A stretch of DNA of 64,000 nt. It comes from Chara braunii. Its lineage: Eukaryota > Plantae > Charophyceae. Within the stretch, counting starts at the first letter, position 1. Each line of letters begins with the position of its first letter. Below the pieces are notes generated by a model, which ran no database searches, had not been told where the DNA came from, and saw nothing but the letters and a program-made list of their open reading frames with translations. Both the position numbers and the translations under genes were made by a program. Shown piece after piece: positions 40,055-53,000 of the stretch. The stretch spans positions 1,720,931 through 1,784,930 of the forward strand of contig BFEA01000032.1 of the NCBI GenBank assembly GCA_003427395.1. The letters run 5' to 3'.

Positions 40055-42369
40055 CCTGTTGAGCGCATCGGTCCGGCACCGCACGTGGCAGCATGGGACC
40101 CTCTCGGCCGCGTCACGCAGGAGTTGAACCAACCTCGTCGTGAATACACCAATGAAGCTTCCTTAGGCCGGTCCGGCCGAGTGCGCCAGCCATACCTCTC
40201 GCGAGCCCCTACGGCAGGATAGGGCCTACGGGAGGCACGACTTACCTCCACCTTACGGGAGTTGTCACCTCCCATCGGTGGGCGTATCCCCGCCGAGCTA
40301 CCAGTCCACAGTACGAAAGCTGATCAGTTGCAATCGCAGAGGTGGACCAGCCGAGGGCGTTTCTCGTTCGCTGTAGCATAGGGGGTACTCGCGGTAATAC
40401 GCGTGTCGGACCCGCACACGAACCGACATCTTGGGGGGGCTGAAGTCCCAAGCGCGACTCGTCGTCGATCGTCTAGGACGCATCCCACACACCACGCGCA
40501 CAACACTCTAACAACCACATGAAAACAACGGACACGCATACACGCGGAACGACACAACGCAAACAACGTGACAATGCTCCTAGCCCCTCGGTAGCCGTCC
40601 CATAACTTCCCCATGCGGAAATCGAGTAGGCGTCGCGCGCGAAACTTAATATAAAACAGCGTCGACGCAGGGCTAACTCATATCGACTCGCAATGCAAGC
40701 GGTCGTAATGATGGCGTACCATGTAGTACCCATACTCATGCGGTCCTTGTTAATCTCGAGGGTCGCGTTCGACACTCAAGTGTCGGCTGACACGCGCCTT
40801 GAGGGTTAATCTCTTGACGCTGGACAACCGCCATGCGCGGTTGGAGACCACACACCCTCTTCTGCACCCTTATGCAGAGCGGGTGGTACACAGGTCCAAA
40901 GCCTGTGGTGGTCGTTGTCCCTCGCGACCTTAGAGGTAAGTCCTCCCCGGGCCTGGGCGAAAGTCAAGGGGTTTGACTTTAACGGATGCCACGGACTACA
41001 ACGTCCAACCGTAATAATCACCAACGAGCAAACAAGGCACACACGATACAGGAAGAGGGGCTTGGGCAAAGGCCCCCCCTTGCCTTAGAAAGGAATCGTG
41101 ACCTTGGGGTACCCTCCCCCTCTACGGTTGGTGCCGGCGGCCTACAATAATCCAAGCGCTGCACCTACGTGCGAGCCCGAAGATCCCATAACCTTTAAGC
41201 GCTGGGGCGGCGAGACGTCGCGCGCAGGGCTCTGATATAAAACTGCGCGGCCGCAGGCCAATCCTACACCAACCATTGATGCCAATCATACGTGGTAACC
41301 GCGACTCCGGCCTCGCTATATTGAATGGCTGAAGGAACACACCGCGAGGGGTTACCCCTCTCGATATTGAACGACTAAAGGACGCGCCGTTCGGCCCTCG
41401 CGACATTTTCGCTTTTCAGCTGGAGTGTCCCGCCGGCCAAAGTAAACAGGCTCTATGCGAGGGGAGACTCCTCCCCCTCAGGGCCTAGGGCTTGGGATAT
41501 CCTTGGACAAGGACCTTGAATCCCGGCCCAGGACCAACGCCCGACCAAGAAAGCCTCAAGATGCAAATAGGCAGAGGGGAGGGTCTTCCCTGTACTTCAA
41601 TCCCAACTTTTACGCGGTGTTAACATGGCCTCTTAGGCCTCCCGAACACTCATCGTACGTATACCCACACATACATACAGAGGGGGATAGAGTTGTGACG
41701 ATCACTTCTCACAGGCACAGTAGGACTCCTCACAACCATGTATACGTATATGGAGTCGCAGGCAGTCCAAATCCAAAATCCGAATCACAGGACATACCTG
41801 CAATCACACCAAGAATCAAACAACAAAGCACGCACTACACGAAGTCAACCCCAACCATTCTCTATGCTCATACCCCTTTGCTTTAGCCATGCAGGCCCCA
41901 ATCACCGACCCAACCAACCTCAATTAAATACTCAGTACCTTTTTAAATGACCATTCAATAAAAGTCTGGGTAAAAACCTTAACAAACAGTAAAACCACCA
42001 GGGCTAAAGCCTAGGTTGAGTATAGGGAGTGAGTTGGGATTGAGTCGAAGACCGACGAATCGACAACCGACCTGTTATCAGTGATAACAGGAGATGATCC
42101 TCAAGGGATCAAGTTGAATCTAGTCCTGATGTTGAATCGAACGATCAAGAGGACCTGTACACATGATAGGCCAATCCCCAAGCTGGAATCATAAGTGTAT
42201 GGAGAATACAACTCCATAACATATTCTCACTCAAATCCTCCTAGCTAGCTAGGCCTGAATCTACCTTTAAGCAGTGCCCAAAGCAAAGACAGACTCTGGC
42301 TGAATCTCCCTTATTCCGGGTGGATTGCCAAAAATCGCCACCTGTCAAAATATAATCTAACTCCTCTAA

Positions 42370-42820
42370 ATCCAGAAAATTTTGGCAGCGCTTCCCGTAG
42401 AAAAAGTGCCTTTTCCGAATTTATACAAGCCCAAATGTGAACTCAACTTCCAACCTTGAGCTCAACTTAGATAAAGTCTGGCTAACTACTTAGTTTTGCA
42501 GAAATTTCGGCAGCACCCCCCCTTTAGAAAAGTGCTCTCACAAAATTTATACAAAGCCAAGTTTAGAACCTAAAACTAATTCTGACATCTCAAAGCCCAA
42601 TTTTGTCTAACTCCCTGAATTAGCAAAAATTTGGGCAGCACTCCCTTTAGAAAACCTTTAGAAAAGGAGGCTTTCCAGATTTTTACTAAGTCAGATATGA
42701 CGAAAAGACAAGCTGAACTTTGACAAGTCAAAATTTGTCAAACTCCTTGAATCTGCAGAAATTTCGGCAGCGCTTCCCGTAGAGAAAGTAGCTTACCAGA
42801 ATTTATACAGGTCGAAGTAT
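42370..42820. repeat. Four diverged ~128-bp tandem units
   Basis: AAATTTYGGCAGCRCT(T)CCC..TAGAAAAG at ~42376, 42502, 42627 and 42759. Confidence 0.8.
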
Positions 42821-43104
42821 AATAGCGAGCCTCAGAAGATGTCAAAAATCGATCGAAGTAAAATAAAGTCAGCTCAGGAAATGCAGGAATTGACCTAACT
42901 CCTACCGCTCTAGCACGTGGCGAGCCTCTAAAGCAACTACCTGTCAACCTGAAACCAGACCAAGTAGTAATCTCACTCAGCCACATGCAGGCCAACCCAC
43001 AAGGGTAAGTACTCTCACCATCCCCAAGTCAATCTGAGCAAACAATAGTTCATGATCTTTCAGCGAGTTACCCCCTCATACCCAACTTACATAAGGCATA
43101 GGTC

Positions 43105-44040
43105 AGGGCACCTGAACTTACAGAGCGCGCCCAACTTAGCCAGGCCCAAAGTCAGAATACCCAAACTTATAGAGCGTTCTGACTTGGCCAGGTATACACG
43201 AACAGAGGGCACAACTACTTCTCTCTTCTTTAGGCGTATGACTAGATCACTCCAGTCGCACTGATCTGTTTAAATAGCCAATTTATATATACCTTTCTGA
43301 ACTTAGTCTTCAAAGGGGACGTAAGGCTGAGCCGCTCAACTTAGAACATTGCTCAGCCTGTCCAGGTTTACCTTCAGTTATATCTCTTAGTTATACTCTC
43401 TTCAGTTGTGATAAGCCATAATCGGGCTACCTAAACTTATAGAGCCGTTCGACTAGCCTGTTCTTAATAACATAGTAATATAGTATAGCCAAGTTATATC
43501 CATTGGGTTCCAACATTTGTAAGGCATTGGGTCAGGCTACCTAAACTTATAGAGCGGTCTGATCCTCAGCCAGGTTTGTTTCTCTCTGATCCAATCTGTG
43601 CGAGGCAATGGGATAGGCTACCTAAACTTATAGAGCGGTCAGTCCCCTGCCAGAATTATTCCCTCAGAACAAAACAGGAGAAGGGTTGAACCACCTAAGC
43701 TTATAGAGCGGTTCAGGCCTCCTTTTTCAGAACCAAAGAAACTGAGAGAACCCCAAATAAAACAAGGCAACCCAAGGTACCTAAACTTATAGAGCGCCTT
43801 GGGTCCCTGAAAATCACCTGCAGTCAAACCCTCACAAGTCAGAGCAGCCAGGACACCTAAACTTATGGAGCGTTATGACCCTCTATGCAATTCACAACAC
43901 TAGGTCTCCCCAAACTTATGGGGACATCCTAGCCCTCAGAGCTTCAAGCTACCTAAACTTATAGACCGGTCTGAGGCTCCATGCAATCCAAAAATAAACA
44001 AAGCGCTGAGCTTCCCCAATATTAAGGGGACCTCCCAGCC
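43105..44040. repeat. Array of ~11 hairpins with a conserved ACCTAAACTTATAGAGCG core and variable complementary arms
   Basis: Core at ~43110, 43159, 43429, 43539, 43620, 43693, 43779, 43855, 43908, 43951 and 44013. Confidence 0.9.
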
Positions 44041-47000
44041 TTAGTGACCCAGCCAGTCTGCACACAATACTACCTTTCTCCCAACCTTCCCCCAGATGCA
44101 ACCCATTTCATTCACAATATGCTTTCAGGCAATCAACAACCGAAACTGAGGTTGCACATATGTTCTTTTACTTCAATCTGGCTTATGTCCTGAAAGTCAA
44201 ACTCAGAACCAAGTACAGGATCCACACAATACACTCTCAAACATAGAGAGACGTATAGGTAGGGGTTATAATTGGGTCTATAGAGGGAGTCAAGGGTTTA
44301 CCACTCAGTTCCCTGCCTTTAGGACTCCGCCTGAGCCCCGACAGAGCTCCCGCAATCGGTGGGGCAACCTTCCACAAAGGCCTTAGCGCGGATTACGGGC
44401 CACACGCCCACCTGCCGCCTTCCTCTCAGAGCCAAAGGACCAGACTTTAGAGTAAGAAGGGCAGGATAAGAAGGAGTAAGACTCTCAGTTAGAAGGGCAG
44501 CTCAGACTCGCACGAGAGGGCCTTCAAGTCTTCAGCGCCTGAGGGCCCCGCAATGATGGCTGGAGAGTAACAGCTTGGCCCAGTCTCGAAGTCCGACGGT
44601 CGAAACTAAGCACCTAACACCCTCCTAACCGCAGTACCGGCCTCCCTACCCGTAAGGTCTGGTCACCGCACCTGGTCTCAGCACCCCTTCCCAATTCAAT
44701 TGCTGCCGCAAACTGCCTTCAGTCGTCACCAGTGGTACGCAGCAATAGCTAGCAACGGCAGCCCCTCCCTTTCCCCACGCAGTCCAGTCACCCCCCCCAC
44801 ATCACATCTTTGCCTCCTTTGACACGGCCCAACGGTCTTCTGACGATAAGTGTCTCGCAGAAGCGCGAAGGTCTCCCCGGTGACTTCGAAACTGCCCCCT
44901 TCCTCACGCCGGCGGACAGGGAACTCCGATGTCGGGGCGAGCCAGGTACCGACCACCGAGCAAGTTCCCCAACTTCGCGCCCGCGTACGCGCAGTTCCTT
45001 CCGACCAAATACGCCAAATCGACTGAATCTTTCGTCGATACGCGGCCACGTACATCCCTGCTTACTAACTTCGAGCCCCCTCCTCTTTACTGACTCCTTT
45101 TCCACTATTCTAATGTTAAATCTAACTCTACCCTGCAGTTCGCCCGGGCAAGGAACCCCCAGATCGATCCTTACCTCGTCCAATTCCGTAAGGAAATGGG
45201 GGAGATACTCTTCCTTCGCCCCCCTCCGTATCTGCTCCCGCCATCACTTCGCACAGCCCCTCACATTAGTACTACCCAAACTAACACTTTACTACTAATC
45301 CTGATACCGTCATCACACTTGCCTACCTAAAAAACGTCAGAAACGAGACTTTATTCACTCGCGTTTGTAGAGGAATCGGCGCGCAATCACCTTCCGCACC
45401 TTCACTCCGCCATATCCCCGACGCACCAGTTTCTGTACTAACTACTAAACTACTGACTTTCTTCTTAATCCGGCCTCACAGACATACTTGCCTTGGCTAA
45501 AACCCCTCAAGTGGAACTTCCACCACCCATCTTCGTCGAGGAATGGGCGCAAGCCACCCTTTCTCTCATTGCTACGCCCTCCCCCTTCTTCGCATGTATC
45601 TGGCGCGACTTCGCGCCTTTATCCATTCTCCTTCACCTTGCCTTGCTCCCCTCTCATCTTTCTCCCCGTGTTGAAGTCAACCCGAATCATGCTCTATAGC
45701 GTGGACACCACGGAAGCCAGGCCAGGAAAGACCAAAACAGCAGCAAGCAACGAGGGGGCCGCTCACAATTTATGCGTGTCGGCCTTGCGCAGGGACCGCG
45801 CTAATCTTCTCTGCATCGTCCCAGTTTCAATGGATGCCCTAAGGACTTCGACAGGGGTGATGCCTCGCGGTGCTACACAAGATCGCCCAACCCTTCCACG
45901 CTGGCGCTGTGCAGGTCTACTCTGTATCATCCCGAATCCAACGGATGCCCCCGGAGGACTTATCTGCGATAGCGCCCTTCGGCGCTTCTTCTTACCTCTC
46001 CTTTCGCACGCGCCTTCCTTGATTCCCGTCCGGGTTCACCCCCGGACTTTCGCAGCTGACCCGTGCGCCGTGGCCACACAAATCTTCCCAGCATCCTTCC
46101 TGTTTCGACGGATGCCTCATAAGACCAGGCCGGGGTTAACTCCTTACACAGACACCTGAGGCCACACAACCCACGCAGCCTCCTTTTAACACGTATCCGG
46201 CCCGGCCTGCGACCGGGTCCATTCCCGGCCTCGTGCTCACTGCTCTTGTACTGCGACTATACGGATCCCTCGATCCGATTTTACCGGCGCCCCAAAAAAA
46301 TCTCCATCGGCAGGGGTCTCCCAGCGCCTCCAAAGGCCATTCGGCCTTCTTCTCTTACTCTTTGGGCGCGCACCTAACTCGACTCACGTCCCGGTTCTTC
46401 TGTCCGCCCTTACCCCCGTTCTTCGCCCAGATCCGTCCTCGACACCCTTCTCTGTCCCTTCTCCTCTCCGTACCTCCCCTCTATATCGCTAATCCCGCGG
46501 ATCCTGCCTATGAAGATCCGATCTCTTGGGGGCACCGGAGAACTTCGTCGCGTTAGCGCTTCCGAGTTTTCACACACCCTCACGCCACCACTTCACCCAG
46601 GGCGAGTGTCCTGGCCGCCTCTTGCCTTCATTCCCAGCCCAGCGTCGGCCCGCCCCTTAGCCGTTCGTGGGTGTATTTTTCCGCTGCTCCGCCCCCCTAT
46701 ACGGGTGTGAGAGAGAACTAATAATAATAACAAAATTCCGAAGTAACATAAATTATTCACAAATAGGCGTATAGCACCCCACAACACGTACGACACTCGA
46801 GCGGGGACCCCGGCCCCCATAACTTGTAAAAAGGCGAAGGGGATAGTCCCATAGGCCCATTAACCCCTCAAGCCTCACCGCCGCGCTCCTCCGTTCCTTT
46901 CCGCATGCCGTTGGCCTCGATCCCTCTGTCCGCTGCACACCAGTCCGCCGCCGTAACCAATAGGGCTAAGCCCAAGCCTGTGACTGGCAGGCGCGACTCC

Positions 47001-50000
47001 CCATATAAAGTGGCGCCGCGTGGCGTTTCGAGCCAGGATACCACCCGGCCGCCCTTTCGGCCCGCACTTGTGCCCGCGACCCTTAAGCATCCGTGTCGGT
47101 GTGAGGAAACCCGGGGAGGGGTCGCCCACTGTTCGCTGAAGCCAAGGGCAACAACGCCTGTCACTCGCTGCGCCCGCTTTCGAGGTCCTCAGCGATCAGT
47201 AGGGGGTCGGGGTTTGCGTTGCCTGTCACGCTCCCCCTATCTGTACAAAACTTAGACTTCCCGTACGGTTGACAGGTGATGTTAAAATCCAAATATAAAT
47301 AAATTTCCGTGTATTAATTTGTCGATCAGCGATCAAGCCTCAACTTGTTCATACAGACTTCCCAGGAATAAATTGCAGTACAAGGCGAGACAATACCATA
47401 CTTCAGAAAGAGAAACTAGGTGTTTTTGGGTTTTACCTCAGCAAATGCCAACAGACACACCCTTCAGATTGCCAGTGCATTTCTAGTTGTCCCGAGTGGC
47501 TAGTTCTTCACTCGCAGTCTGCCCTTAGGGCTTCTGTTCCAAAGTTAGATGGCGGGGGTGGATGTGATACTGTTGGTAAAACCCTCAAGCCGACAACCCC
47601 AATCACAAAATTCAAAAATTTGCAGTGTACTTGTATCGACAAGGGCGACATCAAATCATCAGCCCTAGAGGATGGTCATAATCAATCCTAGTTGCCATGT
47701 TGTTTCGAGGCATTTTACAAGCTTTTTTTTTTTGGAAATTGATGACCGAATAAATTGAAGCACACCCAGTAAGTGGGTAAGGTCAAGGACAAGTTAGGTG
47801 ACGTTTCCTTCCATCCTCACCAGGCCAATAGATACCATTAGCATATACTTCCCATCTCACACCCTCTCGGACCTTCAGTCCATTCTCTTCCTCCCCATGC
47901 AGTTCCTGTCTCTCACTTTCAGTCTTTCTGTTTATTCTCGTCTTCCCCGTTCGTCCTCTGATTCTTACCGATCAAGGAACCTCACTTGAGGAGCAGCCAT
48001 GGGCTTACCCCCGAGTTCAGGTTTGGGAGGGGCATGAGTGTCAATTACGAGCTTTGTTTTTGGCTACACTGACATACTGGTTCGCGATTACCATCAGCGA
48101 TCGCCAGTTTGCCAGCGTCTAAACTCAACTCTTGTAAGAGTAATCGAACCGTCAGGCAGTTCGGGTTGAGTTTATCACCAATCCCACTTGAATCTCAGCG
48201 GTACTGAAGTGCTCAATGTTCTGTATGTTGACTTATCTGGACGACTGTCGTATTTGAGAAACTGCACGTTCGTGCCAGCGTTTTGATAAACAACTTTGTT
48301 AGTGTATCGGTTTCTTCTCCCAACTGAAACTTTTGTAGATCAGCGGATGTGTTCCCTTGATGAACCATAGGTCAGTTGAATTATAGTGCACCAGAGGATG
48401 ACTTCTCAATGCTCGTTGATTCAGCAGTCACTTACGTTTTAGTTGCTTGATGGTGCGCTCTGGATACTTGTGGGTTCAACAGTCACTTGAATTGTAGTGG
48501 GACAGCAGGTGTGTTTTCAATGGTTGTGGAACCTGCAGTCGCTTGAATTTTAGTAGAGCAGAAAATGAATTCTCTGTCTTTATTGAACCGGCATTCTCTT
48601 GAATTTTTCCGGGTCAGGGGAAGTGTCCTCTTGATGATTATCGGACCAGTTCTCTTTGCTTGCCCTAACTTTCCCAAGCACCGAGCAGGTCTTCACCCCT
48701 CATACTTCAACTGTTCCCTCACACACTCACCCCTCGTTAATTAGATCAAGAGGGATGGCTGCACTCTGCTGCCGTCTTCCCTCAACAGGCGTAAAGCCTT
48801 AGATAGGGGTCACTCAGAGTGCTCACCCAGCGAGCCCGCTCTCTCCCTTGTTGCTCCGGTCATTCCTCACTCGCGTGTCTTAGCTCGCCCCTTCTCTCCC
48901 CTCTCTCTCTTTCTCGCGCCGTCTCTTAGCTTTCCGGCCTAATGGCTGGTCACCCAGACATTGACAATCTGTGAAAGGACACTCTATGCACCTCAAAGAT
49001 TCAGGCTGCGTTGAGCTTGCCGTTTGTCAGACATATCATCTCGTCAATCTTCTGAGTAATGGCTGTAATCTTTATTTATGATTTAATTACTTCCGACCAG
49101 TTCGAACAGGCAACTGTAAAGGGTCGTCGACATATCATTTTCGCTTCGAAACAAAGCGGGTAGGCAGAATCCGAACGCGACTGAAGCCGGGATGCTTCCC
49201 ACAAGATGTGAAGGGCCATGTTTACCTTGTAGAAAGTACACTATTTTACCGAATTGTGTATGCGGCGCTAGCTGGTCTGGCGGTCGGCGTTGCTGAACTC
49301 CGATGAACCTGACATTAGCCAGTGGTCACTCCCCCTTTGAGAAGAGTGAGTGCCTTCGGATTCTCTCGCTGATACACTCATACACACTCTCTGGACCTCT
49401 CTACTCACACTCAGTCTCGCTCTCTCTCAATCAGACTTTGTCCTTCCTCTCTGTCTGTCTGTCTCTCTCTCTCTCTCTCGTACCTCCTAAGAGCGAAGGG
49501 GTATGGAAGTGTTTCAACTTCTCAGTTACGCTCACCTGGGGTTAGAGGCAGCGCTGATCGGGTACAGTCTCCCCTCCGCTCAAGCGGGCTTCTCGCCCGA
49601 TTGCCCTTGAGCAGCGCAGCGTTCCGCCGCTCCTTGCACGAGGCTCCTCTCGTCTTTCCCCTCCTCTCCTTGATGACTTCCGTAACCGCTTCCCCACCGT
49701 CGTGGCGAGGGCGAGGGACACCTTGCACGACTTTCCTAATCCCCCCCTCTGTCCACTGTCCCTGCCTGCATACGTACTGTGACGCGAGCTGGGTACACCG
49801 TGCATACCTCCCCTGCTCTCTAGTCCCCTTTCCCTTTATGGTTTTCCCGCACAGCTGAACGTGGTCCTTCCTCCTCCCAGGTCCAATCCGTAGGCCTTCG
49901 TAGGCTGAAGGTAAAAGCAGGGCCAAGCCCAGCGCTGGTGGAATGGAACCCATATACAGTCTCAGCGGAACCTGCCACTGAAACCTGCTGTAAAAATAAA

Positions 50001-53000
50001 GCCAGATACTTCCGTATGGCAGGTACTCATACCAAACCTGTCACTTTTGTGCTCCAAAGCCAACCACGGTACTTAAAAGCAATTGTATTATGCCAGTTAC
50101 CAACACAAAAGTCGAACTGCGGTCCAGCTGTTGCTCCCAACACCCAGTTACCATGCTTGTTCCGTGTCTGTCCCGGATCAGAATGTCGGGCCGAACCAGA
50201 AATAGCCTCTTGACAATTCTGAGCTGTCAACACTGAACTGAGAATAAATCACTGCGAACCTGAAAGTGATGTAGTGATGTGTATCATACCGATGCCGGAT
50301 ACCGTAGAAAACTGAAAAACCAGGGTAGTANCGAACCTATTCCGGACCTGAAGCAAACTGCNGCCAAGGTTCCAAACCTGGAAAAACTGTCGTAGTGGCC
50401 CCGGNCCTGAGAATAAATCACCGNAGCTGTCCCGAACCTGAAAATAAGTCACCTTAGTGAAACAGCTGTCACCGGGCCTATACCGTACCTGAAGCACGTC
50501 AGACACCGTAGGACCTAGCCACCCCGTATCAACCCTCGTATCCGTACCGCACCAAACGCCATAGTCGACCCAAGGCACCTGTCCATGCGACCCCCGCTCT
50601 CAGAACATCCCAACTGCGATAAGATTAGTAATCAATCAAACCAGCGAAAACGACGCAGGGAGCCTCGGTCATCGGCAGTAGTGAAAACTGATAAAATTCG
50701 GGGAAAATGCTCAATCCGGGGTCAGGGCTGATGGCGGGTGACCAAAGCGAAATTAGCCCAATCTCCCAATAGTCATGGGTTCCCGTCCCTTTTATCGTTT
50801 TTAATAATTCTCCCCTTCCTTAATTCTGTTGTCGGAAATAGTAAATTAATCGTAAGTTCCATAAACTTCAATCCTGGGAAAGTTTAAATAAATGACCGAA
50901 TTCTTTGTGTTTCTTTTGTCTTTTACGATTTTTTTTTTTTTTAATGTTTTTAATTTAATTGTCGGGAAAATAAAATAACAAAGGTATTCCCCCTAGAATT
51001 AAATGCTGTGAAAAAATGAAGAAATTAGGGGATATTATATCTTTTCCTTCTCGCCTACTGGTCCTAACCCCTCTTTCCACCTTTAATTATGGTGCTAAAA
51101 TAGACAAAAATTTGANGCCCCATTTCGCCCCGGTCGTATGCTGCAAAAACGTTGCGGCGAGGTCAACTCCCTTGATGCCTCTCCGCGGCAGGTCAATCCC
51201 GGTCTAACCCTCGGAACGGTCGGAAATGGCAGTCCCTAGACATGCCGAGTCCGGTCACCCATCTCGCCATCTTTGAAGGTTACTCATAAAGCTCAGTGCG
51301 CCCAAAATGAGGGGTGCCCTGAGTTCCCCTAATTTTTGTTGCCTGGTCATACGAGACTTCCATCAAAACACGGATTTGCCCCTGAGCCTAAGTCGCAAAA
51401 CTGCGGATCTCAGGCGGCGCACTCCCTGTGGCCTCCTGACACCGGTCCACCACTTCGCGTCGTGGCCCTCTCGCGTGCCTATCGGCACGCCAGTCCTACC
51501 GTCGGTCGCACGTGCCAACCAAGAACGGACTTTCATTCCCTAACCAATCTCGTAACCTGGTACGGGTCGGTCGGCTACCCCGGCCGCCCACTCAATCAGA
51601 AAAATCACACGTGCGCCAAAAAAATCGCGCGCCCACATACTCCCTACTGGGACAAGGCAGACATTTGCCCGTGCGCGGACGACCCTCACATTTTCCGCAC
51701 GGGCACTCAAAATCCGGGTTAACCGAGCCTTTCTGTCGCTTGCAAAAACCAGGGCGGATACCCTTGTAAGGGTATTCCCGCCGACATCGCTGTAAGACGG
51801 AAGGACGTCAGGAGCACCGAGGAAAGACGTGGGACGGGGCTGTACCGGCATGACAAAGTGTCGGGGACCACGCGGGACCAGGGGACGGCGTGGTGCCGAC
51901 AGGGCAGAGTACCAAGAACCGCGTGAGACCGAGGGAAAGGACGCAGTGTAGGCGGGCCGAAGTGTCGGGGACCGCGTGGGCCTAGATAAAATGTTGGCAC
52001 TAGCGGAACCACTAGCAGGACGGGTATCGACAGTATAAAGTGTCGGGAGCCGTCGACGGGGGCTGAAGGTCGGAGCAATCGGCAGAATAATCGACAAGGA
52101 GCCCAAGGAGGAGGGTGCGCGAGAGCGGGTTGTCAACCGGAATGCGCCGGGAAAATAGGGGGGGAACTAGGAACAATAAGAGAAAGAGGAGAAGTCGGGT
52201 GCTGATGAAAGTTGCCAACGGAACGGAGAAGACGGGCGTGAGACGATAAAGACGGAGGGTACCTGGAGCGACCCAGGGGGATCATGGATCAGACGCAACG
52301 ACAACAAAAATAAAATAGCCTGACGCCTGGTGGACGGGAGCGCTCGGGCCAGGAGTCCGGATGACAATAATGAGTGTCGCCGCGACAAGCGCCGACGGGA
52401 GGTGCCAAGGGGAAAAAGAGGAGGGAACAGTAGTAATGAGGAGGCCGACCGGCGGTCCGGGTTATTCGGGACCAGCCAGGTCGAGAGCAACGAACCGGGC
52501 AAGTTCCGAGGGCTCCACGTGGAGAAAAGGCTGGCCGGGGAAAATCGGAGAAAGGGGGTTTCAAACGGGAAGCGGCGACAGCAAAAAGGAGCTTCCTTGA
52601 ACCTTGGGGGTACCACTGCTGCAGTCCGAGGTGTGACAGCGATATGCCGGCTGCAAAATCAGACCTTGGGTAGGGTCCCACAGCTAGAAAGAGGAGACAT
52701 AGCTGTTAAACACTAGTCCCAACAGAGATAAAAGAGGGAGGAGAGGAAAAGGGGAGAAAAAGGGGGAGAATGAGACAAAGGAGGATGATTGGGTGGAGGA
52801 AAAACTGCCGCCAGGTTGGGACTGCAGCGGTAGGGACTGGCAGGTCTCAATAATGACCTCATCCCTCCTAGATCCTAGGCGGGCAGTCCGGATTGCAGAA
52901 GATAAGGTCCTTGGGGCATTATCTCTGCAATATCTGAATTTAAGCAGCAAAAATAAGGAAAAATGCTAATGTGATTTGGTCGGCTCATTTTTGGGCCTTA

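Larger units (their letters stand above)
27205..51786 (-). mobile_element. 24.6-kb giant Ty3/Gypsy retrotransposon (element 3)
   Basis: TGTCG...CGACA termini; TCGC duplicated at 27201-27204 and 51787-51790; PBS, gag, pol, extra ORF; terminal repeats A (27205-27254 = 40057-40106) and B (27247-27567 = 51466-51786). Confidence 0.88.
40057..51786 (-). repeat. Long (11.7 kb) 5' terminal region of element 3: B + 11.4-kb unique segment + A
   Basis: Bounded by TG..CA, adjacent to the PBS; no convincing ORF inside. Confidence 0.8.

Noticed and set aside
43105-44040. CRISPR-like repeat-spacer array
   Set aside because: Eukaryotic TE context, no cas genes, irregular spacing, and the 'spacer' ends pair with each other around the repeat.
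44700-50600. ORFs within the 11.4-kb segment of element 3
   Set aside because: Short, overlapping on both strands, with no recognisable motifs. A highly decayed gene cannot be excluded without a homology search.
27205-51786. Ngaro/DIRS tyrosine-recombinase element, suggested by the split direct repeats
   Set aside because: It encodes a DDE integrase and protease and has a tRNA PBS, TG..CA ends and a TSD; no tyrosine recombinase was seen.
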